From NCBI GenBank assembly GCA_016840465.1, contig JAEOSH010000004.1, forward strand, positions 19,904-83,903: a stretch of 64,000 nucleotides of DNA, in the 5' to 3' direction. Made by a program: the position numbers and the translations under genes. The notes under the pieces are model-generated. The model ran no database searches. It was not told the origin of the DNA and saw only the letters and a program-made list of their open reading frames with translations. The DNA is from Candidatus Baldrarchaeum yapensis. GTDB taxonomy: Archaea; Asgardarchaeota; Baldrarchaeia; Baldrarchaeales; Baldrarchaeaceae. This document shows positions 1 to 10,413 of this stretch, piece after piece; the first letter of the stretch is position 1; each line of letters starts with the position of its first letter.

Positions 1-169
1 ATTTTTCATCTCGTAGATTAAATATCTTTCTCTAATACAATTAATTGGGGTGCAGGTCAATGGCACCAGGCGTCGGGTGCGACCCGGCTCCCCTATAACA
101 ATGCACATAAAATACCACGGCATCACAACATATTTTTTATTTTAGGAAAATTAATCGGATTTTGATCTC

Positions 170-652
170 GTGATCAAATTTAAATTGCTCCCCGTGAACT
201 TTTCTCGACGTGCCATGAGCGATGTGGTTGTTGAGAGGTTGATTGCACGCGGTCATCCAAATATAAGGGCGACTCATAGAACCACACTCGAAATTACGAA
301 GGAGCGTCACCTGACGCCGCGTGGAGATTGCATAATAGCGGTGGGTGCGACCAAGGGACTTAGGGACTTCAGTGATGAATTTAAGAAACTTGCCAGGAGA
401 TCCGATACGGAAATAATTCTGATAATAGAGGTCGATCGCCTTAGGGATGTTGTGAGGGGGTTTGGCGATCCGAGATTGACGTTCGATCATCCTACCGATA
501 TCGTCTGCCGGAAAAGTACTTACACTTGTGGCAGGACGCTGATGGTGAGGTGCAACAAGGCGGCCGTTGACATAGACAGGAGAATCGTGGAGCGGATGAA
601 AGATCCCTCATCGGTAGTGGAGATCACGATTATCGCGCGAAGCCTCACCTGA
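170..652 (+). CDS. conserved archaeal hypothetical protein (160 aa)
   Basis: Uninterrupted 160-aa ORF with non-repetitive composition; AT-rich promoter-like stretch (ttttttattttagg) upstream at 125-150. No motif recognised. Confidence 0.4.
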   Translation: MIKFKLLPVNFSRRAMSDVVVERLIARGHPNIRATHRTTLEITKERHLTPRGDCIIAVGATKGLRDFSDEFKKLARRSDTEIILIIEVDRLRDVVRGFGDPRLTFDHPTDIVCRKSTYTCGRTLMVRCNKAAVDIDRRIVERMKDPSSVVEITIIARSLT

Positions 653-1745
653 TTCTTCCATCAACGACGACCTGCCACTTTCGTGGTGCATACTCTCTCA
701 CAACTCTCGTACTCAGGATTTCCTCTAAGATTCTTCCGCTTCTCTCGACACCTTTTCTCAGAATCTCTACCGCCTCTCCTTTCGGATCCTGGCCGCCAGT
801 AATCGTGTAAAAGTGGACGATTCCACCCTCGCTTCGCAATCCTATACATGCAACATCGATGAACTGATGAGCGTAAAGAGGCAAATTCATAATCACTCTC
901 GTGGCCTTCCCTCTAAGCCTGCTCGGAACGATGTCGCGTGCATCTCCGAGTAACGGTATAACTTCTCCCTTAAGCTTGTTTAACTCGATGTTTCTGCGAA
1001 GGCACTCGATAGCGTGGGGATTCTTATCTATCGCAAAGACAGTTGACGCGGTGCGTTTTGCTATGAGAATGGCGAATGGTCCAACCCCCGTGAACATGTC
1101 GATGACAACCTCATTGTCGGATACTTGAGATGCCACCCTCAAATGTTCAGTCGAAAGCCTAGGACTGAAATACACATTCGCAACGTCGACGTAAAACAGG
1201 CATCCATGCTCTCTGTGAATCGTCGTAGTTCGCTTATCCCCCGCAATATGTATGAGCTTTCTAACTCTGAACTCCGTATCCACGGGGCCCACCTTCGCGA
1301 AGACCGCCCTCACGTTCTTATGCACCCTCATTATAGCTCTTCCTATCTCCTCACCGTACCTCATGACCTCCTGCGGCACCTCGATGACCGCAATATCCCC
1401 TATTATGTCAAATGACCTACGAACCTCCGCCAGTGCGTCCTCCGGAATTTTCCCGGCCAGAACCTCTTTAATGCTTCGGGGCCCTATTCGAACTTTCTCG
1501 AAATTCTCCACTACGAACGATACATCGGCAATTTCCTTGAGCGTTTGGAGATCCTCCGAAGATGGTTCCCTAGAGAGGGGGAAAACCACATGACTTTCAG
1601 TTCTTTTAACCCTAAGGTTCTTATCCAGCAGACTTCTCTCCAATAAAAATTTTCTAACTTTTTCGGCGGAACTTTTCTGCACTTTAATGCCGATCCTTTT
1701 CTGGAGGACAATGTTGAAATCGGGAGACAATGTCCACACCCACAA
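645..1745 (-). CDS. tRNA (m1G37) methyltransferase Trm5/TYW2-like class I SAM methyltransferase
   Basis: 366-aa ORF. Contains the Met-10+-like 'FDIIGDIAVIEV' motif, SAM motif 'VIDMFTGVGPFAI' and 'RVIMNLP'; this matches the archaeal Trm5 family from memory. Confidence 0.65.
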   Translation of the reverse strand: MWVWTLSPDFNIVLQKRIGIKVQKSSAEKVRKFLLERSLLDKNLRVKRTESHVVFPLSREPSSEDLQTLKEIADVSFVVENFEKVRIGPRSIKEVLAGKIPEDALAEVRRSFDIIGDIAVIEVPQEVMRYGEEIGRAIMRVHKNVRAVFAKVGPVDTEFRVRKLIHIAGDKRTTTIHREHGCLFYVDVANVYFSPRLSTEHLRVASQVSDNEVVIDMFTGVGPFAILIAKRTASTVFAIDKNPHAIECLRRNIELNKLKGEVIPLLGDARDIVPSRLRGKATRVIMNLPLYAHQFIDVACIGLRSEGGIVHFYTITGGQDPKGEAVEILRKGVERSGRILEEILSTRVVREYAPRKWQVVVDGRIR

Positions 1746-2988
1746 CCACGTACATTCTCAAAATCGAGATTCTTCAGGTATATGGGTAGGATCAGAAATA
1801 TTTTCGCGAACGTCAGAAATTTTCTCGGGTGATACCTTGCGGGCATCTCTATTGCCCCATATTGCCCTACTTTCCATAATTCTGATCACCTATACAAGTA
1901 TAACGATCCTATTCCCAGTGATCCCGCTTTATGCATCGTTTCTCGGAGCATCCAAATCGGAAGTTGGACTTATCGTTGGCATCTTCAGTTACGTTGCGGC
2001 GTTGCTCCTAATACCTTTCGGAGCTCTCTCCGACAGATTCAGCCGACCAGCAATATTAATGTTAGGAATCGCCCTCCTCTCATCCGCATATCTCCTTTAC
2101 CTCGCCATTGCGTCAACAAGAGATCTGTTTGTCGTTAGGATTGTGCATGGCGCGGTAATTGCCCTCCTTCTACCCACTATAACAGCGCTAATAATAGATC
2201 TTTCTCCTCACGAGAGGAGGGGCGCGTATGTGGGCGTCATGAGTATGGCTATGCAGGTGGGGTTCGTTTTCGGACCGCTAATCGGCGGAATACTTCTAAG
2301 CGTCTACGGGTATCATGGAACATTCATCGCATGTGCAATGCTCGCAATTGTGTGCGTAGCTCCTTGTGGCATCCTGGTAATGAGAAGGAACTTCGTGAGC
2401 AAGATGAGTGCATACTCCCCTGAGGAGTCATCCTTTTGGAACAGGAAAGTTCTCGCGGCGTTGCTGATACCTGCACTTGCAACATTAACCTCGGGAACAA
2501 TAGTATTCTCGGTGCCCCTTTTCGTCAAAGAAATGGGTATGGGTAGTGTGGAGGCGGGTGTTGCCATTTCCTCTATGTATGTTACATCCGCAGCGATGAG
2601 GATTCCCGCAGGTGTCTTATCTGACATAAAGGGAAGAGTAAAGGTAATACTGGCCGGAATCTTCATAGAAGGAGTCGCAACTACGATGTACTACTTAACG
2701 AGCGATTGGGTGGGGGTATTGCTCGTTTCTGCCACCGTGGGCATCGGTATGGGGATGGTAATGCCCGCATCCATCGCAATGCTTGGGGATTTTCTCCCAC
2801 ATGAGAGGAGGGGTATGGGAATGGGGATGATGAGCGCCTCGATGCAGCTTGGCATAGCGCTGGGCGCTTCCACGATGGGGGTTGTTGCCGAATACCTGGG
2901 ATTCCGGCTAATGTACGTCATTTGTGGCACGGTACAGCTGGTACTAGCATCGGCGGTAGCCCTAGCCTTCTTCTTACTACGCTCGTAA
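1687..2988 (+). CDS. MFS-type transporter
   Basis: 433-aa ORF with about 12 hydrophobic segments and MFS-like motifs (GALSDRFSRP, loops with HERRG). True start is probably an internal Met. Confidence 0.65.
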   Translation: MPILFWRTMLKSGDNVHTHNHVHSQNRDSSGIWVGSEIFSRTSEIFSGDTLRASLLPHIALLSIILITYTSITILFPVIPLYASFLGASKSEVGLIVGIFSYVAALLLIPFGALSDRFSRPAILMLGIALLSSAYLLYLAIASTRDLFVVRIVHGAVIALLLPTITALIIDLSPHERRGAYVGVMSMAMQVGFVFGPLIGGILLSVYGYHGTFIACAMLAIVCVAPCGILVMRRNFVSKMSAYSPEESSFWNRKVLAALLIPALATLTSGTIVFSVPLFVKEMGMGSVEAGVAISSMYVTSAAMRIPAGVLSDIKGRVKVILAGIFIEGVATTMYYLTSDWVGVLLVSATVGIGMGMVMPASIAMLGDFLPHERRGMGMGMMSASMQLGIALGASTMGVVAEYLGFRLMYVICGTVQLVLASAVALAFFLLRS

Positions 2989-3093
2989 GTGCCGGACCAT
3001 ATATGCCGGATTGTTAATTTTAAAAGCAACAACCTAACCTATTTCATGAACGTGTTCCCAGGCGCCCGTTCACGCTTTTAAAACCAATAAAGG

Positions 3094-4014
3094 TTGTCTC
3101 CTATGAGTGGGGTGCAGATATTCCCCGTAATATACCCAATACACATAGTGAGGGCGTGGAGGGTCTTCAATGAAATAGAAGACGGAAAGCCTATGACAGA
3201 GGCTGTTAGAAAGGTTGCAAGCATCTTTAAAATAAAGGAATCGACTGCAAGGACGTATGTGCGGTCTCTGATCTCCCTGGACCTCGTCGAAAAGAGGGAC
3301 GGAAATTTATACAAGAAGTTCTCGCCGAAAAATTATGCGGAGTTCAGAGATCAGGTTGTGCAGAAAGTCTGGAGCAAGGCCGGTGGACTTCTAGAAAAGG
3401 CCATAGAGCATCTAAGAAGGAACGGAGTTTCTCCTTCTCCAGCGGCAATATCCGCGGTACTGTCCTCCTGGGGCTATAGGGTTTCGGAGTGGAGAGTGCG
3501 CAGTGCAATAAGCATGCTTACAAAAGCGGGCCTTGTCATGAGATCGAGAACCTTACATGTGCAGCAACCGCCGAAGACGGAGGATTATCCCACTACTGTC
3601 GCAATAGAGTTGATGAAGGCCATGGGTGGAAAGGCGGTGGCGAGAAGGCTGGCCACCGAGATGATAAAGTGCGGGATGACGAGAGATGAAGTCCTGCGTG
3701 CGATAAATACGTTGCTCGTAAGCGGCAAAATGAAGAATTATGATGTTCCTGATGCTGTTTACACGGCATGCGGAAGGGTTTTGGAGAATAAAGGGCTGGA
3801 GACCCTGTATAAACCCGTACAGGTTACGCGTAAGGAGTTGGAATCGTATCTTGGGGACTTGCCGGATGAGATTAGGAGGGACATTATCCAAAAATTGCTG
3901 GACTTTGGGTCTAGAAGGCCCGATATTGTGCTCATTGTAAAGAAAGGGACCGACTTTGATGTAGTATTCAAAAAACTGTGGGATGAGGATCACAGGTTTT
4001 TCCTAGAAGTATGA
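3094..4014 (+). CDS. hypothetical protein with repeated winged-helix-like segments
   Basis: 306-aa ORF with three to four repeats resembling wH DNA-binding units (e.g. 'TARTYVRSLISLDLVEKRDG', 'RVRSAISMLTKAGLV', 'VLRAINTLLVSGKM'). Confidence 0.4.
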   Translation: MSPMSGVQIFPVIYPIHIVRAWRVFNEIEDGKPMTEAVRKVASIFKIKESTARTYVRSLISLDLVEKRDGNLYKKFSPKNYAEFRDQVVQKVWSKAGGLLEKAIEHLRRNGVSPSPAAISAVLSSWGYRVSEWRVRSAISMLTKAGLVMRSRTLHVQQPPKTEDYPTTVAIELMKAMGGKAVARRLATEMIKCGMTRDEVLRAINTLLVSGKMKNYDVPDAVYTACGRVLENKGLETLYKPVQVTRKELESYLGDLPDEIRRDIIQKLLDFGSRRPDIVLIVKKGTDFDVVFKKLWDEDHRFFLEV

Positions 4015-4025
4015 GATGACCGCTA

Positions 4026-4367
4026 TTATGCTTCCTCCATCTGCTCCTCTCCAAAGGTGAGTAGAGAGAAAACTATGTGGTACCCGAGCACTATTTTCCC
4101 CTCACTCAGCAACCTCATTACCTCCTCATCTCTGCTCTCCACAAGTTCACGGAATTCGGACAGAGTATATGGAATTACGTTAAACTTCTGCCTCAGACCC
4201 TCCGCAACCATCTCTCTCCTTTTATCAAACGATACGTCCTTAAAGGTATCCGATACTATCAGTAGATCCTTCTCTCGTATCACTAAAACCTTAGGGCTTA
4301 ATGTCTCCACCATTGTGAGCAATTCGGAAACTTCACGATCGAACATCTGGACCACGCCCATCGACAT
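4026..4367 (-). CDS. hypothetical protein (113 aa)
   Basis: ORF only; no motif recognised. Confidence 0.3.
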   Translation of the reverse strand: MSMGVVQMFDREVSELLTMVETLSPKVLVIREKDLLIVSDTFKDVSFDKRREMVAEGLRQKFNVIPYTLSEFRELVESRDEEVMRLLSEGKIVLGYHIVFSLLTFGEEQMEEA

Positions 4368-4543
4368 ATGCCTCTAGGTCGATTATGCTAATCCTAAAAA
4401 AGAGTTTTCCACAGGGATGTTGCCGGGTGTATCGAACTAACGGAGTGTCGGCATACTGCCCATGAAGGAGAGCAACGTCCTTTCTCAAAAACTATATATC
4501 TGCGGGTTCACAACTCTTTTTTTGGCACTCCTCTTAATGGCAT

Positions 4544-5530
4544 ATGGGCCTGCGGAGAGGTGTGCACTCCGTGCCAAAGGTATTCGCCGTTTTCTTAATT
4601 CACAAAGACGGAACAACCCTGTTTTCGAAAACCTATGTGACCGGATGGAGCGATACCGAACTCGTAACTGGCTACATAACAGCGCTCTCATCGCTCGCCA
4701 GAGAAATTTCGCCAGATAAGAGGGGTGCGCTCAGATCCATTGACGCGGGGGAGGTGAAATTCCTCCTGGAAAGTGGAAGGAACATTCTCGGCGCACTTGC
4801 TGTCGACTTTGAGGATAGATATTCGAGGGATGCGCTTAGGATGATAGTAGACAGGTTTGAGCAAAGATATTCAGCGGAATTGGAAGAGTGGGACGGCGAT
4901 TTGTCGAAGTTTGAGGATTTTGAGCAGGATTTGGAGAAGATCTTGCGGATAATTACGATCAGGGAATTTCACATCCCCCACCTCGTTAAGAGGACGGCAT
5001 CTGATGTCAAGATCAATAGAGATTACTGGCCGATCGTGAGCGCAATAAACGGCCAGCGGACAATAGAGGAAATTTCGAGGGAGGTGGAGGTCGGACTGGA
5101 AGAGACAATAGAGAGGATAAAGGATCTCATGAGGGATGGCATTGTCACCGTCGACATACTTTATCCGTCGAGATACGCGGCATCGGTCGGAGAGGAACTG
5201 ATCGCGCGTGCCTTTCGGGAACTATCGAAGATCCTCGGGGCCAAAATTGCGAAGAAGTACCTCATACGTAGCATGGGCGCATTTGAGGAATATCTCGACA
5301 TAAGGGACACGGTTGTTAGAATGAAGAACATAGAACTGCTAAGCTGGTCGTACTTACCCGCTGAAATATTCAATATTGCCGTGAATGCGGTGCAGAAACT
5401 TGCAGACGTGGCCGGGAAAATTATCGGCGCCGTCTCCAGAAGAATTGCCGAGAAGGTTAGAAAATCTGTCTTGGAGGAACATATAAGTGAACTCGGAAGG
5501 TTGCATATCATCGAAAGGGGTGAACTCTGA
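4544..5530 (+). CDS. Roadblock/LC7 (MglB-like) domain protein with C-terminal wH-containing extension
   Basis: N-terminal about 100 aa ('VFAVFLIHKDGTTLFSKT...LVTGYITALSSLAREI...GEVKFLLESGRNILGALAV') follows the roadblock/LC7 pattern. Its stop overlaps the start of the next ORF (ATGA overlap at 5527-5532). Confidence 0.5.
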   Translation: MGLRRGVHSVPKVFAVFLIHKDGTTLFSKTYVTGWSDTELVTGYITALSSLAREISPDKRGALRSIDAGEVKFLLESGRNILGALAVDFEDRYSRDALRMIVDRFEQRYSAELEEWDGDLSKFEDFEQDLEKILRIITIREFHIPHLVKRTASDVKINRDYWPIVSAINGQRTIEEISREVEVGLEETIERIKDLMRDGIVTVDILYPSRYAASVGEELIARAFRELSKILGAKIAKKYLIRSMGAFEEYLDIRDTVVRMKNIELLSWSYLPAEIFNIAVNAVQKLADVAGKIIGAVSRRIAEKVRKSVLEEHISELGRLHIIERGEL

Positions 5531-5829
5531 TGGAGTTTCCGGTACCATCGACAGATATGCTACTAGACACTATCTTCACAATAATATTTGTGATAATTAC
5601 CATAAGTAGCATCGTTTGCGCGTATACTCTCTCCAAGGGAAAACTCGCAAAATCGTATTATGTTTCGGCAACCGGCGGAATCATCGGACTTCTAAACCAC
5701 TCATTAAGTCTCTCCCGCATCACATTACCGTTTCAGTGGTTTCCCGTGGCTCTTGACATGTTCGCCCTATTGTTGATAGCCGTGGCACTGGCACACATGG
5801 CATCTACCTATTACTCGGAGTGGAAGTAA
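5530..5829 (+). CDS. small membrane protein (99 aa, 3 TM), translationally coupled to the roadblock-domain gene
   Basis: Hydrophobic helices; start overlaps the upstream stop. Confidence 0.4.
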   Translation: MEFPVPSTDMLLDTIFTIIFVIITISSIVCAYTLSKGKLAKSYYVSATGGIIGLLNHSLSLSRITLPFQWFPVALDMFALLLIAVALAHMASTYYSEWK

Positions 5830-5831
5830 TG

Positions 5832-6716
5832 TCACCTCCGCTCACCGAGTTTAAGAGCAATGTATCGTGCCACCTCCCGCGCAACATTCAACCCTGTAGT
5901 TTTCTCGAGCCCTTCAAACCCGAAGAACGCATTCCATTCAAGAAGATACACGGAGTTGTCGATGCCCGGAAGCAAATCCAGCCCGTACATGTCAAGTCCG
6001 GTAATTTCAGTAATCATCGGAGCTATTTGTTCCGCAACCCGTACACACTCGAATGCGACCTTACTAACCCTCCCCATTTCCTCTATTTTGAGACCCTGAC
6101 CTCCGCAGTGGATGTTATGACGAAAGTCCCGCTCATTATACCTGGCGAAACTTGCTACAACCCTTCCCCCGATAACAATCGATCTTACATCATAATTGGG
6201 ATTATGAATGTACTTCTGAAGAAAAATGCATCCATATTTCCGGAGGAGTTCCTCTAACAACTTGGGGGCAAACTCGTTCCATTCTATGAGTTGAACACCT
6301 AATCCGCGGCCGGATGCCAGAGGCTTAAAAACAACCCTACGGTGCGACTTCAAAAAACTAACCGCCGCGTCGATGTCTCTTGTAACAAGCGTATCCGGCA
6401 TCTTAACATGATTCCTCAAATACTTCGACCATAATAGGTAGATACTGGCTTTGTCGGAGTTCTCCACTGCTTCCTTTCTGTTGATAACGTAGACCCCCTG
6501 CCTCTCAAACTCCTCGAGCACACAAAACTGAAAAACCATCGACACCGTGGGATCATACCTGTGCCAAACCACTCGGGGAAGATTCTCACCCTTAAACGGT
6601 AACGTTATCTCATTCCATGAAAAAATCGAATGCAACACTCCTAACTTTTCCAGTTCCTCGGAAACCCTCTCAACCTCATAGCTTATCTTTCCACATAATA
6701 TCCACACGGATGACAT
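5832..6716 (-). CDS. ATP-grasp ligase, RimK family (alpha-L-glutamate ligase-like; MptN/CofF-type)
   Basis: 294-aa ORF with an ATP-grasp signature ('KPLASGRGLGVQLIEW', 'DLLP...LLEWN'). Confidence 0.65.
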   Translation of the reverse strand: MSSVWILCGKISYEVERVSEELEKLGVLHSIFSWNEITLPFKGENLPRVVWHRYDPTVSMVFQFCVLEEFERQGVYVINRKEAVENSDKASIYLLWSKYLRNHVKMPDTLVTRDIDAAVSFLKSHRRVVFKPLASGRGLGVQLIEWNEFAPKLLEELLRKYGCIFLQKYIHNPNYDVRSIVIGGRVVASFARYNERDFRHNIHCGGQGLKIEEMGRVSKVAFECVRVAEQIAPMITEITGLDMYGLDLLPGIDNSVYLLEWNAFFGFEGLEKTTGLNVAREVARYIALKLGERR

Positions 6717-6720
6717 TCCT

Positions 6721-7902
6721 TCAAATTACTCCCCTTTCCTTAAGTTCTCTTATTTGATTGTCCGAGTATCCCAATTCTCTCAAAACTTCAACCGTATGTT
6801 CCCCCAATACGGGGCCCACATTCCTTACACTCATTTTTGCATCTGAGAACTTCACTGGAAATCCCAATTGTTTCAACTTTCCTGTTCTTTTGTCCTCAAC
6901 CTCTATTACCATCCCTCGTTCTTTGACATGCGGGTCATTGAATACCTCACCAAACGTGTAAACCGGACCACAACAGACATCCGCCTTACTGAGAATACTA
7001 AACCACTCGTCTCTCGTCTTCTCCTTGAAGATCTTCCTGAGTTCCTCGAAAACCTTTTCCCTCTCATCGCCCGTTACAAAGTGCTTAGATCTCAGATCGT
7101 CGCGTCCAACTGCTTTACAGAAGTTTTCCCAAAACTTTGGCTCTAGGCACGCTATAGTTATGTATTTCCCATCTTTTGTCTCGTAAACATTGTAAAATGG
7201 GAAGCCCCCGTTTAAAAGCATCTCACCGCGCTTAGGTTCCACATTCTCAATAAAGTAATTGATAGCATGTATCGAAAGCCATGAGATTGCACAATCGAGC
7301 ATCGATACATCAATATACTGTCCTCTTCCTGTCCTCTCCCTTGCAATGAGTGCCGCAAGAATGGCCATCGCGGCAAACATTCCACTTGATAGATCGGCTA
7401 TTTGCACTCCCGGTATTATCGGCGGACCTCCCCTTCTCCCAGTAATTCCAAGAATCCCGGCAATCGCGATGTAGTTTAGGTCATGACCTGGAAAGTCCCT
7501 ATAAGGTCCGGTTTGCCCATAACCGCTTATCGAGCAGTAAATCACCTGAGGGTTGTATCTCTTTACGGTCTCGTAATCGATTCGCAGACTCTTAACAACC
7601 CCTGGCCGGAAGCTTTCCACTACAACATCCGCCTTCTTGACAAGTCTATAAAAGATTTCACGCCCCTCCTCGGTTCTCAGATTAAGTGTCACGCTCTTCT
7701 TATTCCTGTTAATGTAGTAATGCATTGCGCTGTAACCCGCCACCAATGGGGGATACCAGCGAATGTAATCCCCAGCGCGTGGCTCCTCTATTTTTATTAC
7801 CTCTGCACCCATATCTGCGAGCAGAAGGGTGCAAAAATCCCCGGGGAGCAATCTGGTGAGGTCAAGTATGCGTATACCTTTAAGTAACTCCATGTCACCC
7901 AC
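6721..7902 (-). CDS. CoA-transferase family III (CaiB/BaiF-type)
   Basis: 393-aa ORF; N-terminus 'LKGIRILDLTRLLPGDFCTLLLADMGAEVIKIE' is the typical family III CoA-transferase start. Confidence 0.75.
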   Translation of the reverse strand: MGDMELLKGIRILDLTRLLPGDFCTLLLADMGAEVIKIEEPRAGDYIRWYPPLVAGYSAMHYYINRNKKSVTLNLRTEEGREIFYRLVKKADVVVESFRPGVVKSLRIDYETVKRYNPQVIYCSISGYGQTGPYRDFPGHDLNYIAIAGILGITGRRGGPPIIPGVQIADLSSGMFAAMAILAALIARERTGRGQYIDVSMLDCAISWLSIHAINYFIENVEPKRGEMLLNGGFPFYNVYETKDGKYITIACLEPKFWENFCKAVGRDDLRSKHFVTGDEREKVFEELRKIFKEKTRDEWFSILSKADVCCGPVYTFGEVFNDPHVKERGMVIEVEDKRTGKLKQLGFPVKFSDAKMSVRNVGPVLGEHTVEVLRELGYSDNQIRELKERGVI

Positions 7903-9057
7903 TCACGGAAGCTTGTCAAGAATACTTGTATCGATCTCATGTAAAAAGAATTCGGGGAGCCTGTCCTTCATCTGCTCTCTCCGCCTCCTATGTTCTTTCA
8001 GGAATCTGCTGACGTACTCACATAGCCTGTCCTTGCACTCCCCGCATATCAGGTTCCCGGACATGCAGTCCTGTCTGATTCTCTCAACCTCCGCGTCGTC
8101 CTCAATAAAGTACACATAAAACATCTCGAATACCACACATATGTCTGGATTGCCGCCCTTCTCCCTCTGCTCCCTAATGGTTGGCTGTCCTCCGGTGAAC
8201 GCGTTCCATACCTTCTTTCTCGCCTCCTCGACATCATCAGTGGTGAATATGCATGTCTGGGGCTCACTAGCGCTCATCGGCTTGCCAGTAAGTCCTCTCA
8301 GATACTTCAAATAAAGTCCCGCAGGTTTGAAGAGTCTGAGCTTCGCTGCCACATCCCTGCTGATCCTAATGTACGGGTCTTGGTCTATGGCGACGGGTAC
8401 TACTGTCGGGAGTCCGTACACAATTTCTGGGAAGAGAATATGTGCCATCTGTATGCACGAGTAGAATATCTCCCCCGGGTTGTTGTCATCTCGGAAACCG
8501 AAGACTGCTCTTACTGTACTGTACGTGAGGTGGCGTGAAAGCCTTATTGCCGCCTTATAAACCCATGGGTATTCCGAGGAGATGAAGAACTTTGTCTTCT
8601 TTGGGTCATATCCCAATGCCACAATGTCGAGTGCGTTATCAAGTGCGTAGTATTGTGCCTCTTCCAGATTTTTTACCTTTCTGAACACGTACTTCTCATC
8701 ATCTGACAGGGGCACATAGACTGATGCGCCGTATTCCCGCTGGAGGTATAGATTGAGTTCGTAGACGAGGAGGTGTCCTATATGGAGTTTGTTGGACGGG
8801 CCTCTACCGCTCAGCACCGCAAACGTTCCACCAAGATTCGCTATATCGAGAATTTTATCGAAGTCCCTATGCGCGAATATCACCTTCCTGCGAATGAGCC
8901 TATGCGGGTTCTTGAACCTGTTAAGGATAGGTTCTATTCTCTCGACCCCAAAGTACTCTATTAGTCTCTCGTAATCCGTCGTTTTCTTGACTTCTCCTGC
9001 CTCCACTATCGCCATAGTTCTTTCCTCTCTCTTAGTGATTAATAACTCACAAATCAA
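7903..9057 (-). CDS. trpS: tryptophanyl-tRNA synthetase (archaeal/eukaryotic type)
   Basis: Class I aaRS with a 'HIGH' motif (LHIGHL) and 'KMSAS' (GKPMSASEP), the TrpRS variant of KMSKS. Confidence 0.75.
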   Translation of the reverse strand: MICELLITKREERTMAIVEAGEVKKTTDYERLIEYFGVERIEPILNRFKNPHRLIRRKVIFAHRDFDKILDIANLGGTFAVLSGRGPSNKLHIGHLLVYELNLYLQREYGASVYVPLSDDEKYVFRKVKNLEEAQYYALDNALDIVALGYDPKKTKFFISSEYPWVYKAAIRLSRHLTYSTVRAVFGFRDDNNPGEIFYSCIQMAHILFPEIVYGLPTVVPVAIDQDPYIRISRDVAAKLRLFKPAGLYLKYLRGLTGKPMSASEPQTCIFTTDDVEEARKKVWNAFTGGQPTIREQREKGGNPDICVVFEMFYVYFIEDDAEVERIRQDCMSGNLICGECKDRLCEYVSRFLKEHRRRREQMKDRLPEFFLHEIDTSILDKLP

Positions 9058-9106
9058 TTAAAAATGCTCAAGTTTATGAGTTTTCGGATCAGAATCTTGA
9101 ACCTTC

Positions 9107-9622
9107 TCAAGTCTTGTTAGCCTCTCCTTTTCGCTCAGTGAGAACCTCTTCAAGCGCTCTTTTTAGTTTATCGTATGTGGCGTCTAAGGCCTCGGGTATA
9201 ACCTTAGTATCAGCAAGCACGGGCATGAAGTTCGTGTCCCCCACCCATCGTGGAACAACATGCACATGCACGTGTTCCTCTATGCCGGCGCCTGCTGCTC
9301 TCCCTATGTTGACGCCTATGTTGAAACCATCGGGATTCATTGCCCTTCTTATGAATTTTAAGGATAGCGTTATGAGTTTCGAAATCTCTAAGAGTTCTTC
9401 GTCATTCAGGTGTTCAAGGCTGGGCACATGCCTATATGGCGCGATCATGAGGTGCCCGCTGTTATACGGGAATGCGTTGAGAATTATGAATGCGGTTTTT
9501 CCGCGATAAAGTATGTAGTTCTCCTTATCCTTATTCTCCTTGGGCTTCTCGCAAAAGATGCACCCTTGGGGCTTTTCCATGAGTATGTACTTGATCCTCC
9601 AGGGAGCCCACAGGTGCTTCAT
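9107..9622 (-). CDS. HIT family hydrolase/nucleotidyltransferase
   Basis: Histidine triad 'HVHVHVVPR' plus an N-terminal CxxC-like 'GCIFCEK'. Confidence 0.7.
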   Translation of the reverse strand: MKHLWAPWRIKYILMEKPQGCIFCEKPKENKDKENYILYRGKTAFIILNAFPYNSGHLMIAPYRHVPSLEHLNDEELLEISKLITLSLKFIRRAMNPDGFNIGVNIGRAAGAGIEEHVHVHVVPRWVGDTNFMPVLADTKVIPEALDATYDKLKRALEEVLTERKGEANKT

Positions 9623-9631
9623 CCATCACAC

Positions 9632-10345
9632 CTATCCCTTGGACTCTTTCATCTTTCTTAACTCCTTTTCTGCCTCGTTTAGGTCCTTCACAGTGTCTAT
9701 GGCTCTCCAGTAGCCCCGTGCCTTATATCCCCCAAGTTTCCCTTCCTTTGCGAGTTGCGGGAATGCCGTGTTCTCGATGTCGCCAGCATCCGGCAACACC
9801 TCAATGATTTCTTTGTTCATGATGTAAACCCCACCATTTATCCAGTAGGGAAGTTCGGGTTTCTCAACGAACCCTCTAATCGCGTTGGTGGCGTCATCGA
9901 CTTCGACTATGCCGTAGGGGCTACGGAAGGGGACGAGCATTATCGTGGCCATGAAGTTGGACTTCTTATGGAACTCTATCATTGGTCTGATGTCTATATC
10001 GAGTATTATATCTCCATTTGTTGCGATAACATCCGGATCGTCATCATCCACAAATTTAAGCGCCTGCTTTATGCCCCCACCCGTCCCCAACTTTTTCTCC
10101 TCAATAGAGTACTTTATCCGCACATCAAAGTTCTCGCCATTTCCGAAGTACTCCATTATTTTCTCATACCTATACCCGCATGCTATCACTATGTCCCTTA
10201 TTTTGTTCTTCCTAAGCCACTCTATCTGATACTGGAGGATGGGCTTTCCTAAGACCTCAACCATGGGCTTGGGACGATCCGCAGTGAGAGGACGTAGCCT
10301 CAGCCCGAGGCCTCCCGCGAGTATTATCGCATGCATGCCATTCAC
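9632..10345 (-). CDS. sugar-1-phosphate nucleotidyltransferase (glucose-1-P thymidylyl/uridylyl-transferase-like)
   Basis: N-terminus 'MHAIILAGGLGLRLRPLTADRPKPMV' is the canonical NTP-transferase G-rich loop. Confidence 0.7.
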   Translation of the reverse strand: MNGMHAIILAGGLGLRLRPLTADRPKPMVEVLGKPILQYQIEWLRKNKIRDIVIACGYRYEKIMEYFGNGENFDVRIKYSIEEKKLGTGGGIKQALKFVDDDDPDVIATNGDIILDIDIRPMIEFHKKSNFMATIMLVPFRSPYGIVEVDDATNAIRGFVEKPELPYWINGGVYIMNKEIIEVLPDAGDIENTAFPQLAKEGKLGGYKARGYWRAIDTVKDLNEAEKELRKMKESKG

Positions 10346-10413
10346 ACCTTGCCAGTTGTTGCATGAGTTAAAATATCAAAATACTAATGAATCTTTAGTG
10401 CTTCATTGCAATA

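Noticed and set aside
10346-10413. NikR operator in the nikR upstream region
   Set aside because: Only weak, imperfect inverted repeats (ttgcatga / tcattgcaa) were found, not convincing without a known consensus for this lineage.
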